From the NCBI GenBank assembly GCA_963760795.1, contig CAVXEP010000013.1:32001-96000 (forward strand): a stretch of DNA of 64,000 nucleotides, given 5' to 3'. Under the pieces are notes generated by a model. It searched no databases. It was not told where the DNA came from and saw only the letters and a program-made list of their open reading frames with translations. How positions within the stretch are numbered: position 1 is the stretch's first letter; each line of letters begins with the position of its first letter. Source of the stretch: an uncultured delta proteobacterium (GTDB lineage: Bacteria; Desulfobacterota; Binatia; UBA9968). The translations under genes and the position numbers were made by a program. Shown here piece by piece: positions 51,952 to 61,702 of the stretch.

Positions 51952-52986
51952 ATGACAAAATTATCCTTTCTTTTAATGGCACTATTCGCGGCGGTAATTC
52001 CCCAGCGAGCCGCTGCCGCCGCAGCGGATGAAACCTTCTACCGCGGCAAGACCATCCGGGTGATCGTTGGTTTCGCCGCCGGCGGCGGCTTCGATCAATA
52101 CGCGCGCACCATCGCGCGCCATATGCCGAAGCATATTGCCGGCAACCCGACGATGATCGTCGACAACATGGGCGGCGCCGGCAGCCGGCTCGCTGCCAAT
52201 TATCTCTACAAGGCCAGCGCGCCGGACGGCTTGACCATCGGCAACTTCATCGGCTCGCTGCTGTTGCAACAGATCCTCGGCGACCAGGGCGTGGAATTCG
52301 ACGGCAAGCGCTTCGAATGGCTCGGCGCACCGGTCCAGGACGAAACGGTTTGCGCGCTGACCAAGGCGAGCGGCGTCACCAGCCTCGACCAATGGTTCGC
52401 GGCCAAGAAACCGGTGAAACTCGGCGGCGAAGCGCCCGGCGCCAACGACTCCGACGTGCCGCGCATGCTGCAAGCGACTTTGAAGCTGCCGCTGCAATTG
52501 ATCGAGGGCTACAAAGGTACTTCATTCATTCGCATCGCCGCCGAATCTGGCGAAGTCGACGGCGGCTGCTGGACCTGGGCGTCGATCCGTTCGACTTGGA
52601 AAAAGGGCCTCGACTCGGGGCAAGTGATTCCGATCATTCAGGTCAACGCCAAGAAAGCTCAGGACATCCCCAACGTCCCCAACGCCTACGACCACGCCAA
52701 GACCGCCGAGGCCAAAGCGCTGCTTGAGGCCGGCGTCCACGCGCCGTCGGCGATCCTGCGCGCCTACGCGCTGCCGCCGGGAACGCCGAAAGACCGATTA
52801 ACGACTTTGCGCGATGCCTTCAACGCGACCATGAAAGACAAGGAATTTATCGCCGAGATCGTCAAAGGCAACCTAGAGCTGGATCCACTCACCGGCGCCG
52901 AGGTCGAAACCCTCGCGCGCAAGCTCTACCAGGTCGATCAAAGCTTGGTCGGCAAGTTACGCGAGATCTTAGTGCCGAAGAAATAG
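51952..52986 (+). CDS. Bug/TctC tripartite tricarboxylate transporter substrate-binding protein
   Basis: VGFAAGGGFD, NMGGAG, APDGLT, GYKG, PPGTP. Confidence 0.9.
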   Translation: MTKLSFLLMALFAAVIPQRAAAAAADETFYRGKTIRVIVGFAAGGGFDQYARTIARHMPKHIAGNPTMIVDNMGGAGSRLAANYLYKASAPDGLTIGNFIGSLLLQQILGDQGVEFDGKRFEWLGAPVQDETVCALTKASGVTSLDQWFAAKKPVKLGGEAPGANDSDVPRMLQATLKLPLQLIEGYKGTSFIRIAAESGEVDGGCWTWASIRSTWKKGLDSGQVIPIIQVNAKKAQDIPNVPNAYDHAKTAEAKALLEAGVHAPSAILRAYALPPGTPKDRLTTLRDAFNATMKDKEFIAEIVKGNLELDPLTGAEVETLARKLYQVDQSLVGKLREILVPKK

Positions 52987-52992
52987 CCGGCC

Positions 52993-55218
52993 CTAGCGCC
53001 AGCGCAGCACCTTTTGAACATTGGAAAACTCGTCGGTCCAGAGATCACCGCCGAGACGTCCATCGAGCCGCTGCCAGCGCGGACCGGAAGCGAGAGTGTC
53101 CGCCGCTCGACGGTCGCGTGACAACAGCATCCAGCGCGATGGACTCTTCCCCTCGGCGATCTCTTCAGGGGTCAGTTCGAAGTCGTCCTGAATCAGCGCC
53201 GTTAGTTCCAACTCCTTGGCCAGCCGGTCAAGCACTGGCGCCAGATCCATGTGGCGGTTCGAAATATGGATCAGCAGTATGCCGTCGCCAGATAGCTTCC
53301 GCAGATAGAGCTCAAACGCCTGGCGAGTCAATAGATGCGTGGGAATTACATCCGAACTAAATGCATCTAAAACAAAAATGTCAAAATAATAACTAGGCGC
53401 GCTCACCAACGACAAGCGCGCGTCGCCGATGATCACATCGATCTTCGGCGAACAATCGCGCAGATAGGTGAACAAACGCGGGTCGCGCGCGATCTTTTCC
53501 ACCATCGGGTCAATTTCGTAAAAAGTGAACTCTTGCGCCGCGGCGCCGTGGCACGCCAACGCGCCGGTGCCAAGGCCAACGATGGCGACTTTACTCGCGG
53601 CGCCGCCGCGCGCGGCCGCGAGCAGCACCTGGCCGGCCGGCCCGGTGCGATGATAGTACGACAGGGGAATTAGATGCTTCGCGGGCTCGGAGTTCTGCGC
53701 GCCATGAATCGTCGTGCCATGAAACAGCAGACGGCGTTTAACGGCAAGGTCATCAGTCACCCGATAGGCCCCGAAGAAACTACGGTCGTGGAATATCTCG
53801 TGACCATAGGGCGGTGGAAACCTCGCAGCGATCAAGAAGAGCGCGATCAAACCCAACCCAAAGCGCACCGGCCGGGCGGCGAAAGTCAGGCAAAGCATGC
53901 CGCTGATGCCAAAAATTATCAAGTGAAGATTGGCGCGCGATAAAGATGGCATAGCCTTGCCAAGTTCGAGGAGCAGCATCATAGCCGCACACAGCAGCAC
54001 TGGGAGGAGCCAGTCCATTTTTTTGCCCGCCGCCGTATTTTCGGCACCACTGACCACTGGACGGGCAAAAGCAGCCGCAACCATCATCAAAGGATATTCC
54101 AGGACGCTGCTGAAAACTTGCGGTGCCAACAACGCGTTGAACAATCCGCCCAGCACACCGCCTAGCGATATCCAGAGATAAAATCCGGTGAGCTGGCTAG
54201 CCGGTGGCCGGTCTTGGGCCAAGCGGCCATGACATATGACTGCGGTGATGAAGAACGCGAGCAGGTGTAAAGGCAAAACGATGTACACCGGACTCGTGGC
54301 ACTCACGGCGACGATAATCGCCGCCGCGAGCAGGAGAAACGCTTGACGGCGAACGAGAAACGGCCCAGTCGCCCATTGCGCGCCACCGAAGGCGACGATG
54401 AAAGACAATAAATAAGCCGCCAATGGAATCACCCAGAAAAGCGGCGCCGAAACCACATCCGTGGTGACGTACAGGGTTACGCCACTGAGTAAACTCGACG
54501 GCACGAAAGACCAGAGAAGCCAGCTAAACCGTCGGCTCAGCGCGATCGTGAATTCGTGATCGTGGGAGCCATCGCCGCCCACGCCGGCTGCTACAGCACC
54601 GGGGTCTGGGTGAGCGACTGCGCGAGAAGATGAATATAGAAAACTCAGCATACAGAGCACGACAAGCAGCGCCAATCCGAAATAAGCGGAGAACCAATAA
54701 TAATTTTGCTGATTGAGCGTCAGATTGGGTTCGATCAAAGCCGGATAGGCGAGCAAACCGGCCAAACTCCCGGCGTTGCTCGCCGCGTATAAAAAATAGG
54801 GATCGCGCGACGCGCTGTGACGACTTTGAGCAAACCACTGTTGCAGCAGCGGCGTGCCCGCGGCAATCACAAACAACGGAAAGCCGATCGACACCGTTAA
54901 CGCGCCGAGCACGAGCTGCGTCGGATGCTCAGCCGGCGCCGAAAACCATTGCATCGGCAAAGTGACCGGCAGCAGCAGGATCGCCGCGAAAACCAGCCCC
55001 AAATGTAAAAACGCCTGGCGCTTGACACCAATCCACGCGCCGAGGTAATGCGCATACGCGTAGCCAATCAGCAGGGCGCCTTGATAAAAAGCCAGACTGG
55101 CGTTCCAAACCGCCGGACTGCCGCCGAGAAAAGGCAAAATCATCTTGGCGACTAACGGTTCAATAATGAACATCAAGGCCGCGTTGACGAACAAGGTTAG
55201 CGAATAAAGTAGGATCAA
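52993..55218 (-). CDS. Fused membrane / spermidine-synthase-like SAM-dependent protein
   Basis: Many TM helices, HGTTIHG, VGLGTG, YEIDP, GDAR, LDAFSSD. Confidence 0.88.
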   Translation of the reverse strand: MILLYSLTLFVNAALMFIIEPLVAKMILPFLGGSPAVWNASLAFYQGALLIGYAYAHYLGAWIGVKRQAFLHLGLVFAAILLLPVTLPMQWFSAPAEHPTQLVLGALTVSIGFPLFVIAAGTPLLQQWFAQSRHSASRDPYFLYAASNAGSLAGLLAYPALIEPNLTLNQQNYYWFSAYFGLALLVVLCMLSFLYSSSRAVAHPDPGAVAAGVGGDGSHDHEFTIALSRRFSWLLWSFVPSSLLSGVTLYVTTDVVSAPLFWVIPLAAYLLSFIVAFGGAQWATGPFLVRRQAFLLLAAAIIVAVSATSPVYIVLPLHLLAFFITAVICHGRLAQDRPPASQLTGFYLWISLGGVLGGLFNALLAPQVFSSVLEYPLMMVAAAFARPVVSGAENTAAGKKMDWLLPVLLCAAMMLLLELGKAMPSLSRANLHLIIFGISGMLCLTFAARPVRFGLGLIALFLIAARFPPPYGHEIFHDRSFFGAYRVTDDLAVKRRLLFHGTTIHGAQNSEPAKHLIPLSYYHRTGPAGQVLLAAARGGAASKVAIVGLGTGALACHGAAAQEFTFYEIDPMVEKIARDPRLFTYLRDCSPKIDVIIGDARLSLVSAPSYYFDIFVLDAFSSDVIPTHLLTRQAFELYLRKLSGDGILLIHISNRHMDLAPVLDRLAKELELTALIQDDFELTPEEIAEGKSPSRWMLLSRDRRAADTLASGPRWQRLDGRLGGDLWTDEFSNVQKVLRWR

Positions 55219-55433
55219 ACTCTAGTCCGATATTGGTATTGAGTCGTGAGTTGCCGGGTCGGAAGCCGTATACGCCAGTTGCATGCCAAGCTATTTAACT
55301 ACGGTTGATCAGTACGACCGGCCAGTCAAATTAGCGGATCGAACTATCCAGTTAATTGACATCTTGGCGCACTCTTCGATAGAATCAAATACCCACACGT
55401 CGCATCGAACACTCACGTTTCACGCGAGGGAAC

Positions 55434-55631
55434 ATGGCCGAAGCACTCACTGTCGAGAACCTAAAAACAATCGCCGAACAGCGGGGATTGAAACTTGCCG
55501 ACGAAGAACTGCAAAAACTCCTGCCCGGCGTCATGCGCGCGCGCCAGCAAGCAGCCGAGCTGAGAGAATTGCTCACGCTGCCGGATGAACCGGCGGGCGT
55601 ATTCAATGCCGGCAGAGAGCAACTGAAGTAG
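55434..55631 (+). CDS. Small GatC/AtzG-like amidase partner
   Basis: 65 aa ending EPAGVF; 7 bp upstream of the amidase. Confidence 0.7.
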   Translation: MAEALTVENLKTIAEQRGLKLADEELQKLLPGVMRARQQAAELRELLTLPDEPAGVFNAGREQLK

Positions 55632-55638
55632 CCACGCC

Positions 55639-57039
55639 ATGGAGCAAAGCGAACTCTGTTATCTGACCATCGCCGAAGCCGCCGCTGGCCTCAGGCGCAA
55701 GCAATTTTCCGCTGTCGAACTTGCTGACGCATGTCTCGACCGTATCGAAGCGCATGACGCCAAGCTGCATAGTTTCATCACGCTCACGGCGGATCTAGCC
55801 TTGGCACAAGCCCGGCAAGCGGAAAAAGAATTGCGCAGCGGCGTCGATCGCGGTCCGCTCCACGGCATTCCCATCGCGCTCAAAGATCTCTACGCGACCA
55901 AAGGCATTCGCACGACATGCCATTCAGCGGTGTTGGAGCACTGGATACCCGATCAAGATGCGACAACCGTCACCAGACTCCAGGATGCCGGCACAGTCTT
56001 ACTGGGCAAGCTCGGCATGCACGAGTTCGCCTTCGGCGGCCCGTCGCTGGACGCGCCCTTCCCGGCCGTGAGAAATCCCTGGAACACGGCGCATATTCCC
56101 GGGGGTTCGAGCAGCGGTTCCGGCGCCGCGCTGGCCGCCGGCTTTTGCTTCGGCGCCATGGGCTCCGACACCGGCGGATCGATTCGCACTCCTTCATCAC
56201 ACTGTGGCGTCGTCGGCATCAAACCGACCTACGGCCGTTGCAGCCGTTACGGCGTCATCCCGCTGAGCTGGTCCCTCGATCATACCGGCCCGATGGCGCG
56301 CAGCGTCGAAGACTGCGCCATCATGCTGCAAGTCCTGGCCGGCTACGACGCCAAGGACAATGCTTCGGCGAATGTGCCGGTGGCGAATTTTCAAGCGGGC
56401 GTGAAGGACGGAGTCAAGGACCTGCGCATCGGCGCGCCGCGCAAAAACTGGTTCGATGAAAATCTCGGCATCGACCGGCAAACCGAAGCGGCCTACAATC
56501 AAGCGCTCAAAGTCCTCGAAAGCCTCGGCGCGACGATCGTCGACATCGACGGCAAGTCTTTCTCACTGGCGCGCAAGGCCAACCAGACCATTTTAACCTG
56601 CGAAGCCTACACCTATCATGAAAAGACTTATCAACAGACGCCGCTGAAGTTCGGCAGCTCGGTGCGCCGAAGAATGCTCGAAGGCGCGTTCCTGAGCGCC
56701 GCCGATTACCTCACCGCCCAGCGCGCCCGCGCCGTGCTCAACGAACAGATCCGCGCCAACTTCGCCAAGGTCGACGTCTTCGCCGTCCCCGGCGCCGCGA
56801 GGCCGCCGGAAGCGTTTGATAGCATGGACCCCAACGAGCAGAACCTGCGGCCGAGTTTCACCAATCCATTTAACCTAACGGGTTTGCCGGCGATCTCCGT
56901 GCCCTGCGGTTTCACTGAAGGGAATTTACCGGCAGGCTTGCAAATCGTCGCGCCAGCGTTTGAGGAAGCGACTTGTTTCCGGGTTGCCTACGCTTATGAA
57001 CAGGCGACACAGTGGCATAATCAAAGGCCGGTGCTTTAG
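55639..57039 (+). CDS. Amidase-signature family amidase
   Basis: ALKDL, PGGSSSGS, GSDTGGSIR (Ser-cisSer-Lys triad). Confidence 0.93.
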   Translation: MEQSELCYLTIAEAAAGLRRKQFSAVELADACLDRIEAHDAKLHSFITLTADLALAQARQAEKELRSGVDRGPLHGIPIALKDLYATKGIRTTCHSAVLEHWIPDQDATTVTRLQDAGTVLLGKLGMHEFAFGGPSLDAPFPAVRNPWNTAHIPGGSSSGSGAALAAGFCFGAMGSDTGGSIRTPSSHCGVVGIKPTYGRCSRYGVIPLSWSLDHTGPMARSVEDCAIMLQVLAGYDAKDNASANVPVANFQAGVKDGVKDLRIGAPRKNWFDENLGIDRQTEAAYNQALKVLESLGATIVDIDGKSFSLARKANQTILTCEAYTYHEKTYQQTPLKFGSSVRRRMLEGAFLSAADYLTAQRARAVLNEQIRANFAKVDVFAVPGAARPPEAFDSMDPNEQNLRPSFTNPFNLTGLPAISVPCGFTEGNLPAGLQIVAPAFEEATCFRVAYAYEQATQWHNQRPVL

Positions 57040-57056
57040 TCGCATGCAGCCCAACA

Positions 57057-57105
57057 GGAGGGCGGACATTCGGATCCGCCTGGCGGGTTGGAAACCCCGC
57101 CCTCC
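57057..57105. repeat. Inverted REP pair (GGAG-footed)
   Basis: GGAG-GGCGGA..TCCGCC-t-GGCGGG..CCCGCC-CTCC. Confidence 0.7.
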
Positions 57106-57179
57106 TTTCCTGGAATAAATCAGGAACGTTTGAATAAGTAATTACCGTGTCGTACTGATGCGGCTTTTTGGCATATCGT

Positions 57180-58650
57180 TCACGCGCTCTTCCCGAATAC
57201 TCGGAAATACATTTCCGCCAGCGCCGGCTCCATACTGCGCGCGGCGGCAAGTTCTCTTTGCATCGATGGCTCCAGGCGGGAGCGGGCGTCTTCGGCACGC
57301 TTGAGCACTTCCATTTCATCGATTTGAGTTAGTCGCCCGCCTTCAACGACTATTTCACCGTTGACTAAAACCGTATCGACGTTGCTGCCGTTCTCGCAGA
57401 AGACAACCTGATTGACGACATCGTTCATCGGCCGGTAAGCCGGCGTGTCGCGGCGCAGCAGAACGATGTCGGCGAGCTTTCCCGGTGCAATCACCCCGGC
57501 ATCCAAACCGAAGGCGCGGGCGCCGTTACGCGTCGCCATGGCCAAGGCTTGCGCGGGCGTGACCCAGTGATTGAAATCGCTGCCGGCATGGTTGTGCATC
57601 AGTGAAACCAATCGCGCCGCGTCGAACATGTTCTGGTTGTCGTTGGAGGCCGCGCCATCGGTGCCTAACCCAACATTCACGCCGGCCGCGAGAAACTCCT
57701 TTACCTTCGCCAGGCCGCTGCCAATGCGCAGGTTGCTCGCCGGATTGTGCACCGGCGTGGCGCCGCGTTTGGCGAACAGCTCGACATCGGCGTCTTCGAT
57801 CCAGATCGAATGGGCACAGGAGAGATTGGCGCCGACGATGCCGAGAGAATCGAGATGCTGCAAAAGCGAATGGCCGTAGATGCTATTACCTTGCACCTGC
57901 TGTGCTTTGGTTTCCGCGAGATGGATGTGCAACGGCAGATTTCGCCTGCGCGCGATTTCGCCGCAACCTTGAAGTAACTCGTCGGTGCAGCGCTGCACCG
58001 CAGACGGGCCAGGACATGCAGTCGTAAGCTTTTCCGGCGCATGAAATGTCGCGATAAACTCTTCGCACTCGTCGAGCCAAGCTTGCGTAGATTTCGCCTC
58101 GCTGGCGCTCATGCGTTTGAGTTCGTCGTTCAAGCTCGCGTCGGTTTGACCGAGCGGGATGGTATCTTCGTAGTTCTTGTCGGTCACCGTCAGCGCCGCG
58201 ACGTGGCGCAGGCCGAGATCGCGCATCGCCTGGATCGCCGCCCCCGCGCCCATGAAGCGGCAGGCCGCGCTGCCGGCGAAGTGATCGAGCACCATGGTCG
58301 CGCCGTTCTTGAGCATCTCCATGCCGCCCAAGAGAGCGCTGGCATAAAAGTCATCTTCGCGCATGTCGCGCAGCGACGCCCGGTAATAGGCGCGCCAAAT
58401 CTCCAGCGGCTTGCTCGGCATCATGCCACGCACCAGATTCGCCGCCGAGTGGCAGTGCGCATTCACCATGCCGGGCAGCGCAATCATGCGGCCGGCGTCG
58501 ATAACTTTGTCGAAGGGCCCGTCCGGCGTCCACTCGCCCGGACCGGCAAAAACGATGCAGTTGCCGTCTATAACGATGCTGGACTTTATCGACAACCTCG
58601 TTCTGCTCGTTCATGGTGACAAGCAGAGGATTGCGAATCAAAGTTTTCAT
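57180..58650 (-). CDS. Metal-dependent deaminase (SsnA/MTA-SAH deaminase-like; frameshift ~58590)
   Basis: PGMVNAHCH, HIHLAE, HNPASN, GLGTDG, GKLADIV. Confidence 0.9.
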
Positions 58651-58712
58651 AAGGCCCTCAAGAAAAAAGGGACAGACAACTTTTCATAAACGCTGAAAAG
58701 TAGCTGTCCCAT

Positions 58713-58768
58713 CGTTCGAACGTTGAACTTTTGAACCTTGAACCCTTGAACGGCGCGCAACGCGCGCC
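58713..58768. repeat. TTGAAC array plus GC hairpin at the end of pyrE
   Basis: gttgaacttttgaaccttgaacccttgaac then ggcgcgc-aac-gcgcgcc. Confidence 0.65.
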
Positions 58769-59436
58769 TATACGAAACCCATCTTACGGCCCCAATTCTC
58801 CGGGTCCTTCAAGAAATCGATGATCTGTGAATTCTGTTCCGCGGTGAAGTAGTGCTTGCTCGTGCCGGTGTCCAGGACATCGTCCCAGTTTGCCAGCACA
58901 TGAAGCGCGATGTCGTTCTTCGCTAGACTCTCTCGGCCTTCATGCTGATTGAGCCGGTCCGAAGCATAGTCGAACACGCACAAGCAATGGGTCATCTTGG
59001 CGCCCGCCCCGCGCACACCGATATTGAAGCGCAGCTTACTCAAACCATCGGTGATCAAATCCTCGACCATGAGCACGCGCTTGCCCGGTTCGAGAATGCC
59101 TTCGATCTGCTTGGTGCCGCCGTAGCCTTTGGGCTGCTTGCGGATATAGATCATCGGCTTCTTGACGATATGCGCGACAAACGCCGCGTAAGGAATGCCA
59201 GCGGTCTCGCCGCCGGCGACGACATCGAAGTTATCCAGACCGATGTCGGTTTCCGCCATGTTTGCCAGCGCCGTGACGATGTATTCCCGCTCCGCGGCGA
59301 ACGACAACAGCTTGCGGCAGTCGATGTAGACCGGCGAAATTCGCCCGGAGACGAACACGTACGGCCTGTCATCGTAAACCGCGATCGACTTCGTCGCCAG
59401 CAGCATCTCGGCAACCATCTTGGACATTTCGCTCAT
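58768..59436 (-). CDS. pyrE: Orotate phosphoribosyltransferase
   Basis: SGRISPVYIDCR, GGETAGIP, RKQPKGYG, MVEDLITDG. Confidence 0.88.
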   Translation of the reverse strand: MSEMSKMVAEMLLATKSIAVYDDRPYVFVSGRISPVYIDCRKLLSFAAEREYIVTALANMAETDIGLDNFDVVAGGETAGIPYAAFVAHIVKKPMIYIRKQPKGYGGTKQIEGILEPGKRVLMVEDLITDGLSKLRFNIGVRGAGAKMTHCLCVFDYASDRLNQHEGRESLAKNDIALHVLANWDDVLDTGTSKHYFTAEQNSQIIDFLKDPENWGRKMGFV

Positions 59437-59705
59437 GGAAAAACCTCGCAGATTTGGGGATTAAGGCAAGGTCATAACATAGCGACTTGCGCTTGCCAAC
59501 GCTCGCGCTCACAAAGCGGTAGGATAAGATGAGAGAACGGGCTCACCACAAAAATAGCGCGGCGCAGCCGCAACCGAAAAGAACAATGGCCGCATAGAAC
59601 ACATAGGATGCAAAAAAGAATCGGAGGTGAAAATTGCGGAAATAGAGATGAACCCGAAGCTGCAGGGATAGCGACGCTATCCCGCAGCTTGGGTAAAGAG
59701 GTCAA

Positions 59706-59828
59706 TCATTTTGCCTTGATGGAAAAACCCCTGGTCTCTTTCTTGGCGCGCTTCTCTGCGCGCTTTTCCATCATCGTTTTCTGTGGTTTCTTCTTTCCTT
59801 GTTTCTTCGAGTCCATGCCTTTACTCAT
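59706..59828 (-). CDS. 40-aa Lys-rich small protein
   Basis: AGGAGG RBS; MSKGMDSKKQGKKKPQKTMMEKRAEKRAKKETRGFSIKAK*. Confidence 0.7.
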   Translation of the reverse strand: MSKGMDSKKQGKKKPQKTMMEKRAEKRAKKETRGFSIKAK

Positions 59829-59924
59829 ATGCGTCCCTCCTTATGATGACTGGTTTTGAAAGGCGTTGCGTAACCGCACGCCCCTGCGTCGATAACATTT
59901 ACCTCCTCATCCACACCACCACAA

Positions 59925-60269
59925 CTACTTTCCACAGCAGTTTTTGAATTTTTTGCCGCTGCCGCAGGAGCAGGGCTCGTTGCGCCCGACCTTCTTTGCC
60001 ACGACCGTCGGTTTCTGCGGATGCAGCAACCGCTCCAGATCGCCGACATCCTCGGCCTTGTCCGGCTCGATACTGATGCGGCATTCCCAACCATGCTTGG
60101 CGAACGTCGCACTCACTTCCTTGAATCGCAGCTCCGACTGAACCCGCACAACCGCCGGATTCTTCTCACTGCCGAGCTTCACGGTTGGTTTCGGAGCAAA
60201 GTTGTTTTTCCAGCTATCCGCGTCGACACTGCTGCGCATCGTCCCGATATCACTGATTCGATTGCTCAT
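59925..60269 (-). CDS. SEC-C motif protein
   Basis: [14 protein letters not shown] and C-terminal [18 protein letters not shown]. Confidence 0.85.
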   Translation of the reverse strand: MSNRISDIGTMRSSVDADSWKNNFAPKPTVKLGSEKNPAVVRVQSELRFKEVSATFAKHGWECRISIEPDKAEDVGDLERLLHPQKPTVVAKKVGRNEPCSCGSGKKFKNCCGK

Positions 60270-60544
60270 AGGGCTATTATTTCAGTTATTACCGCACTTA
60301 GCCATACAAGTCGTATCTCTGGCTGCTCGATCAGAGAAAAGACATTCAACCACGCAAGGCACAAAATACACGAAATGGGTTTCCCGACTTTCGTATTTTT
60401 CGCGTGTTTGGTGGTTAAACTCCCCCAACCGACTCTTCACCTCATCAGGTCAATCATCTCGGAGAAGATTTTTTAACCACGTAAAACACGTACCACACGA
60501 AATGGGAACCCAACAATTCGCGCCTTTTATCGTTGCGTCTCTTC

Positions 60545-61534
60545 CTACGGTCGCAGCTTATACTTTCGCTCGATCTCCTCGACATAGCCGCTCTTTACCA
60601 CCTTGGTCAGGATGCGCTGATCGAGCAGCTCCTCGACGTTGAAATTCTTAATCTTGGGATCGCGCATAGCTATGACCTCCTGGGCGGTCTTCAGTCCCCT
60701 GGGGGTGACGAAGGTGTAAGAGGTCAGGTCTTCGAGAAGTAATTTGTAACCCAGCTCGGCGAGCTGGCGGTCGACCTTGATATATTTTTGCAGCAAGGCG
60801 ACGCCGCGCTCTTTATTCGCGCGCATGAACGCGCTGGCTTCGATCATGGTCTTGATAAAGTTCTCAATGGTCTGCGGATTCTTTAGCACAAAAGCCTCGG
60901 CGCACATGAAGGGGCTTGAAGGCAGGGGTATCTTGCTCAAGTCGAGCAACGGTTTCACTCCCAGAGTTTGCAGCCGCGCCGATTGCAATTTATCCAACGC
61001 GGCGCCGTCGATGATGCCGGACGCCAATGACTGGGCGATCACGGTGCTGTCGCCGATCGCTTGGATGCTGATGTTGTCCCTTTGCGGGTCGAGACCCATT
61101 TCGCGCAGCGACAGCATGGTGAGGCTCCAGAGCAGACCGCTGAAATCCTGCACGCCGATTTTCTTGCCGCGCAAATCGGCTGGCTTGGTTATCGACGGCG
61201 CCACCAGAAAATCGTAGGAAGCCCGTTCGGCGAACAGCGACATGATGATCTTGAGCTTGGCGCCTTGGGCGGCCGCTGTCAGCATACTCGACGCGCTGCC
61301 GCGGACGAACTGCACTTCGTTGGAGACCAGCGCCGTGACCTGGATCGGTGCGCTGCGCACCGCGACCAGGTCGGCTTCCAGTCCGTGCTTGGCGAAGAGG
61401 CCTTCCTCTTTAGCAAGCCACACCGGCGTCCCCGACGCGGCCACGCCGGAATAGGCGATGCGAATCGGCTCGGCGCGCACCGGCGCGGTCCACAGCATTA
61501 GAACAGCGATCAGCAAGAGTCTGGTAGCGACCAT
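60545..61534 (-). CDS. NitT/TauT substrate-binding protein
   Basis: Signal peptide, VWLAKEEGLFAKHGL, DLRGKKIG. Confidence 0.88.
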   Translation of the reverse strand: MVATRLLLIAVLMLWTAPVRAEPIRIAYSGVAASGTPVWLAKEEGLFAKHGLEADLVAVRSAPIQVTALVSNEVQFVRGSASSMLTAAAQGAKLKIIMSLFAERASYDFLVAPSITKPADLRGKKIGVQDFSGLLWSLTMLSLREMGLDPQRDNISIQAIGDSTVIAQSLASGIIDGAALDKLQSARLQTLGVKPLLDLSKIPLPSSPFMCAEAFVLKNPQTIENFIKTMIEASAFMRANKERGVALLQKYIKVDRQLAELGYKLLLEDLTSYTFVTPRGLKTAQEVIAMRDPKIKNFNVEELLDQRILTKVVKSGYVEEIERKYKLRP

Positions 61535-61702
61535 GGCGACTATCCTCCCTGCACAGGTAACGAGAGATATTGGGAACCAAGCATTGCTAATGGCGCTTCT
61601 AACATGGGGCCGGTTCGCCTGACAATGACAATCGTTCTCCCCGGGCACCGGCCGAAAGATTTGAATTCTCAGGTACCCCGGAAACTGCTACAGTGACTGC
61701 GA

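Noticed and set aside
55434-57039. gatCA of the tRNA amidotransferase
   Set aside because: No gatB follows, and the small subunit is shorter than typical GatC
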